A stretch of DNA of 64,000 bases. It comes from Trichoplax adhaerens. Its lineage: Eukaryota > Animalia > Placozoa. The stretch is taken from NCBI RefSeq assembly GCF_000150275.1, contig NW_002060949.1, forward strand, positions 147,861 through 211,860, read 5' to 3'. The position numbers and the translations under genes were made by a program. The notes beneath the pieces were generated by a model, which ran no database searches, was not told the DNA's origin, and worked only from the letters and a program-made list of their open reading frames with translations. Of this stretch, positions 54,801 through 64,000 are shown one piece after another. Each line of letters starts with the position of its first letter. Within the stretch, counting starts at the first letter, position 1.

Positions 54801-56981
54801 GGGCCTACTATAACTTCCTCTAATCGATGGAAATTTGATAACCTTACTTATCATATTTATATTCGTCAAGTTTCTGGACATGAATTTAAGGAACATGAAG
54901 CTACTCTGTGGGTAGAAACAGCTACAGTAAGTAGTTCGGTAGTTATATGCTATAAATATGAGTAACGAGTTTTTTGACTAGCTCAAAAATTTTTAGCTGC
55001 AAATTACGAAAAATAAACGTCTTGCGTCTTAAATTTATGATCTTTCATAGAATACAACGAAGTGGATGACTGCAAAGGGTGCCAGACCTGGAATCTGGTA
55101 CCAATTTAAAGTCACTGCAACAATTTATGAAGCTAATAGAGAGAGCAAAATATGGGAAGCCATTAGTACACCCATGATCACCAGAGCAGGTTCATTACTA
55201 ATAACATAGAATCAAATTGTTTACTGGATACACACTTATCGTAAACTTATGGTAGTTTTAGTCCATGCATATACTGTCATATCTCTGATTGGAAGTTAAT
55301 TTCATTCTTTTAATAGTTGGTAAATCTCCAGAAAAACCGACGAAAATATCTGCAAGACAATATAGGAAAGCCAATACTACTTTGAGCAACGTTGAAGTTA
55401 CATTTCACAGACCTAGATCATCAGATTATCAAATTATTACATATCGGCTGCGCCTTCGATGCATGCCAAGAATTATTGATGTTAATAAAGTACTACTTAT
55501 CCAGGAACACAGAAAGAAAATCAAAGCCGTAAGCTTTTTTAATGGATTAGAAATTTTTCAACTGAAAATATTAAAAATAACAGTGTTGTGTAAATGCTAT
55601 TAAATAAATCTTCATACAAGCGTAATAATTGTCTATTTCTTATAGAAATTGTCTTCCGATCCTCATATTGCCCTTTTCAAAAATTTGCCAATAGGCTCAG
55701 TTTGCCAAGCAAAAGTATGTATTGTTGATGCAGTAGACATAGGCTCTTCATATACACTCCAATGTTTGTCATTGATTAACCTAATCAAGTGATACTTATA
55801 TCATGAATTTATCATTTGCAACCAGATACAAAGTATTGCTGCTTGGGGAAGTAAGCGATTTAAGAGTAAAGTGGCTAAATTTTGCTTCTTCATATGGCCT
55901 CATGGTAAATCGATTTAGAATGCAATCAAAGTCTACTATGATAATTTGCATGTACTTAATAGTGTTTATGCAAATACAATGCTTGATTCCTTTGATTAAA
56001 CTCGAATTATTTCCTAGGTCAACAATTCAATCTATGACATTAATCATTTTTTTACTAAATCTGTTAACATTAATTTGTTAGTAGGTACAAACAAATCACA
56101 TGAAAAGATTCGCCTACACAATCTTTGTCATACCAAAGTCAAAGCAAGCGCGCCTGTAATTCTATCAAACACAATTTATCCTATGAGATACGGCAATTAC
56201 AGTTTATCGTTAGTTTGGATGGCTCCTGAGAACTCTGAACGAATTCATATTTATTCCTATCACGTACGATGGACTGTTATACCCAAGAATGCTAATTATC
56301 ATAGCAAAAATTACTATAATAATTCTGCTTTTGTGGAAAGTCATGATATTGCACTTCGTCGGCATATATATGATGATGTAAGTAATTTCTATGGTTATAA
56401 TGATGGCGTAACTACCAAATTTATCGTCATTTTCAGCAGATAGCTCGAACATTATCAATAATAAATTATTTTAAATTGTTACAACTACCATTAGGATGAA
56501 TATTTCTACTCAATTGGAAATCTGCCACAGGATTCTGATGTTATTATTAAGGTTCGTTATTTTAATGGTTATTCTTAGACTATAATGATTCTCGATTATA
56601 AGTTACTTTCCTAGAAGAATAAGTTCGTAAAATATTTTAAATTACCTATCAAATTATCGCTAATAGATTTTTCCCATCGCTTACTCTGGTCTTGGGCTAC
56701 CGGCAAATTTAACAGTGTCAATTACTGCCGCTACAACAGAACCACTGAAATTGAATACTAGATCGCTTCCTGATATTGTTTCTACTAATACTGAAATAAA
56801 ATTAGCTCCAGCATCCCGTAATTCACAGGCTGTTCCATTTGTAGCATCGATCGCTGTCTTTTTGAGTATTTGCCTTGTTAGCATATTCTTTGGTGAAGCT
56901 TTTACATGGAAGTGCAAATTTATTCATGTAATAAAAAATTATTTCAGGATTTTATCCAAGAGTAGATCCACCGCGGTGTGA
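51874..56981 (+). CDS. Anosmin-1 (KAL1)-like protein: signal peptide, CxxxC...CxxxC, three FN3 domains, C-terminal hydrophobic anchor
   Basis: Exon 51874-51987 MVVKPLALLGLLAIINFATIAVA..CEKIC; exon about 54524 YCLKQC; FN3 exons containing RPGIWYQFKV, SDYQIITYRL and IQSIAAWGSKRFKSKVAKF (compare anosmin LQAITYWGQTRLKS, from memory); hydrophobic AVPFVASIAVFLSICLVSIFF. Confidence 0.7.
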
Positions 56982-57969
56982 TTCTTAATGATCGTATTTC
57001 TTAAATATTACCGTTAAAAATCGGTGATTGATTACAATTTGTTCCATATATTCTCAATATACTACTTATTCTATTCGAATGTAATATCTTTCGACTTCTT
57101 GTTATCTAAATTTAGCGATTTGATAATCATATTTCTGCGTCAGACCATTATAAGTCTTTTAATAACCAGCAATTAACGTAAAATTTTATTAGTGTATATT
57201 AATACTACAAGCGTACTTAATGGGTACGATTACAGTCGACCGTTAACAGAGATATTAACGTTGTATGTTGAATGCTGATATATCAGCAGCAGAGATGTTA
57301 TCATTATCTCCATTGATGATTCCATGGCAATATGTGATTGGTATTATCAGTTATAGAAATTTTAAACTATAAATTATCTACATAGCTTATTGGTTGTTCT
57401 ATATGTTAAAATGATAACAAGATAGCATACATCTATGTGAATATATCACGCCATATGGTAAAAATTAGGAATAAAATTTTTATTATTCTATCAAATGTTG
57501 CTTTTAATAGTAAGGCATAAAAATATATTTTTTAAATCACTGTAGGATTTGAAATATCGCATGCTGTATGCATATCAGTGAATTATTTTGCAAGAAAACT
57601 TTACTATATCCATGGATCTCTAGAACTAGAGATCCAAGCTATATCCAATGGATTTGGGTAATTTTTCGAATTTGGTCAGTAACGCTTGCCACAGATATGG
57701 TTATAAATTTATAAACTATTGTGTTGCAGTGAAATGCTCTATGAGAAAATGGCTCAAACGAACAATAGTAAACAAAATTCAAAAGTATATATATTTAACA
57801 TTGCAAACAAATTACTTAGTAGTATGGATTTTTAAAATTAATGAAATATTGAATCTAAAGCATATACTGAGTCAACAGATGAGGAAAGTAATCGAAAGTT
57901 ATAACGTTAGTAGATCACAATTATGTTAACTAGTAGTACCGAAGTATAAAGCTATATACTATGTCTAAT

Positions 57970-61864
<3,895 letters not shown>

Positions 61865-62499
61865 TGTCAATTAATTCTGTTAATTCATACATAAGATAGA
61901 TAAGTCTTCAACTTTTAAGTTAGAAGGGATGAACGACAAACGTTAATTTACACTACCTGAAATCCTTGAAGTGTACTAGCACGTACGCTTGTACATACCG
62001 TATTGCATATAAGCGAATGCTGATCGACCCGTATAGTACGCAGGGACACAAACTACTTTTTAGAGTACTGCCTCCACTACACCAGTTGTCGGTCCGTCCT
62101 AATCTAGACTTCAATCATAAAATTAGTTTTTGAGAGACTGACTGAATTGTACAGTATTAATAACAGCAGAGTACAGCACTGTCCATAGTTAACAGCAGTG
62201 TTATATTTATTTATTAATTAGTTAATCGGTGACTGCACAAGAATAAGAGCTCACCCAACTCTAGACTACAACCAGGGGCTTCTAAGAGAAGCACTGAAAG
62301 AGAAATTCTTTCAGGAGTCCCTCTTGTATCAGCATCAATCAAAATGGACTTTCTGAACCGAACCTTTGACAGGGTCTAGCTAGCCTAGGAGTGGAGGGAC
62401 TAAAAGCCGTAGGAACTGAGACAGAGAGACTGACAGTGGACATCCATTGACTAGACCTTTATCGTGTCAAACTGGCAATTTGATTGGCTAAAAATTGCT

Positions 62500-62582
62500 A
62501 ATACTGTACAGTATACAGTATTACTGTACGCGTGACTGCTACAGCGTACTGTACAGTGCATAGTAGTACAAGTGTGTACGAG
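62500..62582. promoter_or_regulatory. TACAGTA/TACTGTA-rich tract in the divergent LRRC40-TRMT13 promoter
   Basis: atactgtacagtatacagtattactgtac...gtactgtacagt, next to a CCAAT box (TGATTGGCT at 62481). Confidence 0.5.
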
Positions 62583-62938
62583 CGTTGTGTGTGTGAATGT
62601 GTGATAATAAAGTATATTAATTAATTATAATTAATAATTAGAATTAGAATTACTATCGAAACTTAGTAAAGCCTCAATAAAGTTATCTCGAGCTCAGGTG
62701 TAGGTGTTGATTAACACGAATTTGACACTACTTTCATTAAAGAATGATATTCGATATTTATCTTCTACGAAATTAATTTGGATCAAGTCTTCTTAGTACT
62801 ATATGAATAAAACAGTTATATGCAGAAAACAAGTAGTAAATTATATATTATCAAAAGTAAATTTGAATAAATCCGTAAAGTCCGTATTATCAATACTTAA
62901 ATTTCACGAATCAACTCTTGCACCCCAAGTATAGAGAT

Positions 62939-63845
62939 ATGGCCGACAACAGTAACAATTCTCGACCTCATTGTGAGTATTATTTACCTCGAAAGAAGAG
63001 ATTTTGCCGAATGATACCTAAAGTTGGTGATCGCTTATGTGGTGAACACATGCTGTATGCATCTGAGGTACAGTTAACAGTTCATAGCTTAATAGCTTAA
63101 TATACGAGTAGACTATGTTTATTTGGTGTCTAACTGCAATGGAAAAGCTAATTTTTGATTATGTTACATCAATATTGCTTGAGCCTGTATTGAACGTAAT
63201 TAATTAACATACTATAGAATCATTCACCAGTGTGAATTAGAACTTACATCTTAAATTCTTAATTAGTTGTCTAATTAAATATTTCTTTTTCTTACCTTGA
63301 ATTAGGCCTATAACGAACTCGGCAATATAAATAAGCAAGAGAGAAAGAGAATACCATGTCCACTAGATTCCAAACAGTAAGTGAAAATTAAACTGAAATT
63401 ACATTGCTTAATTAATCATTGAATTGAAAGCAATAGCAACATTTGCTACCTCTCTGCTATAGGAGTTACCTCTTTACTCTTAACTTCTTACATTATCTTA
63501 ATCATGGCTGTAAACCTTTTATCTCTTCTCTTTTGATTTCGTTTTTATTATACAGTATGTTACATAACTCCCTAAATGTACCTCTAAGTAGACAAATATT
63601 ATATAGTACTCGTATATTGACTACAGTGTGACATCATATGCCAAAATTCACTGTCCGTTAATATTACAGTATGACGTCGATGTTCTCTAGTTTGCAAATA
63701 CCGTAGTAATTACAGTGTTATGAATGCTACTTGTACGACTTGCTATGCTGATTGTTAACTTACTTGTTATGTCCATAGTACTGTATACGAAGATAAACTG
63801 GAGAAGCACTTGAAACTTTGCAATGCTAGACATACCACCCTATCG
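62939..63845 (+). CDS. TRMT13: tRNA:m4X 2'-O-methyltransferase TRM13 homolog, 5' exons (continues past the window)
   Basis: CEYYLPRKKRFCRM.....RLCGEH (CCCH zinc finger), then RKRIPCPLDSKH|TVYEDKLEKHLKLCN (CHHC zinc finger) across three exons. Confidence 0.9.
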
Positions 63846-64000
63846 GTAATTATACGTCTAATTAGACGTTACTAGTGCATTATAACACATACGTATGAAT
63901 AACTTCAAGATTTATTATGCTTACTGGTATAATGTCACGCCCGCGATGCTTCGCAGAAATGTACGGTTATTGTAATAAATTAAATTAAATTTTAATACTT

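Noticed and set aside
62268-62282. ACAACCAGGGGCTT resembling RNase MRP conserved region V
   Set aside because: No matching GAAAGUCCCC (CR-I) upstream on the same strand.

Overview
AT-rich, gene-dense eukaryotic (animal) DNA with many short introns. The compact architecture and gene set suggest an early-branching metazoan such as a placozoan; this is an inference, not confirmed. Hand-spliced content, left to right: (1) a receptor-type tyrosine phosphatase-like gene (signal peptide, about 10 FN3 domains, TM helix, two PTP-fold domains that both lack the catalytic cysteine); (2) three tandem CYP4-clan P450s with intronless CDS, with a 7 x 144-bp tandem array between the first two; (3) PUS1, PTCD3, and a divergent REXO1/TTC4 pair; (4) a membrane-anchored anosmin-1-like gene; (5) a divergent LRRC40/TRMT13 pair, with TRMT13 running off the window. 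Main oddities: the double pseudophosphatase receptor, a (TACAG)n/(CTGTA)n palindromic motif clustered at promoters, an AT-AC minor-spliceosome intron in TTC4, four probable GC-AG introns, a WAP-less anchored anosmin, and a hairpin-rich segment in the LRRC40/TRMT13 promoter. Orthology calls come from remembered motifs, not from database searches.
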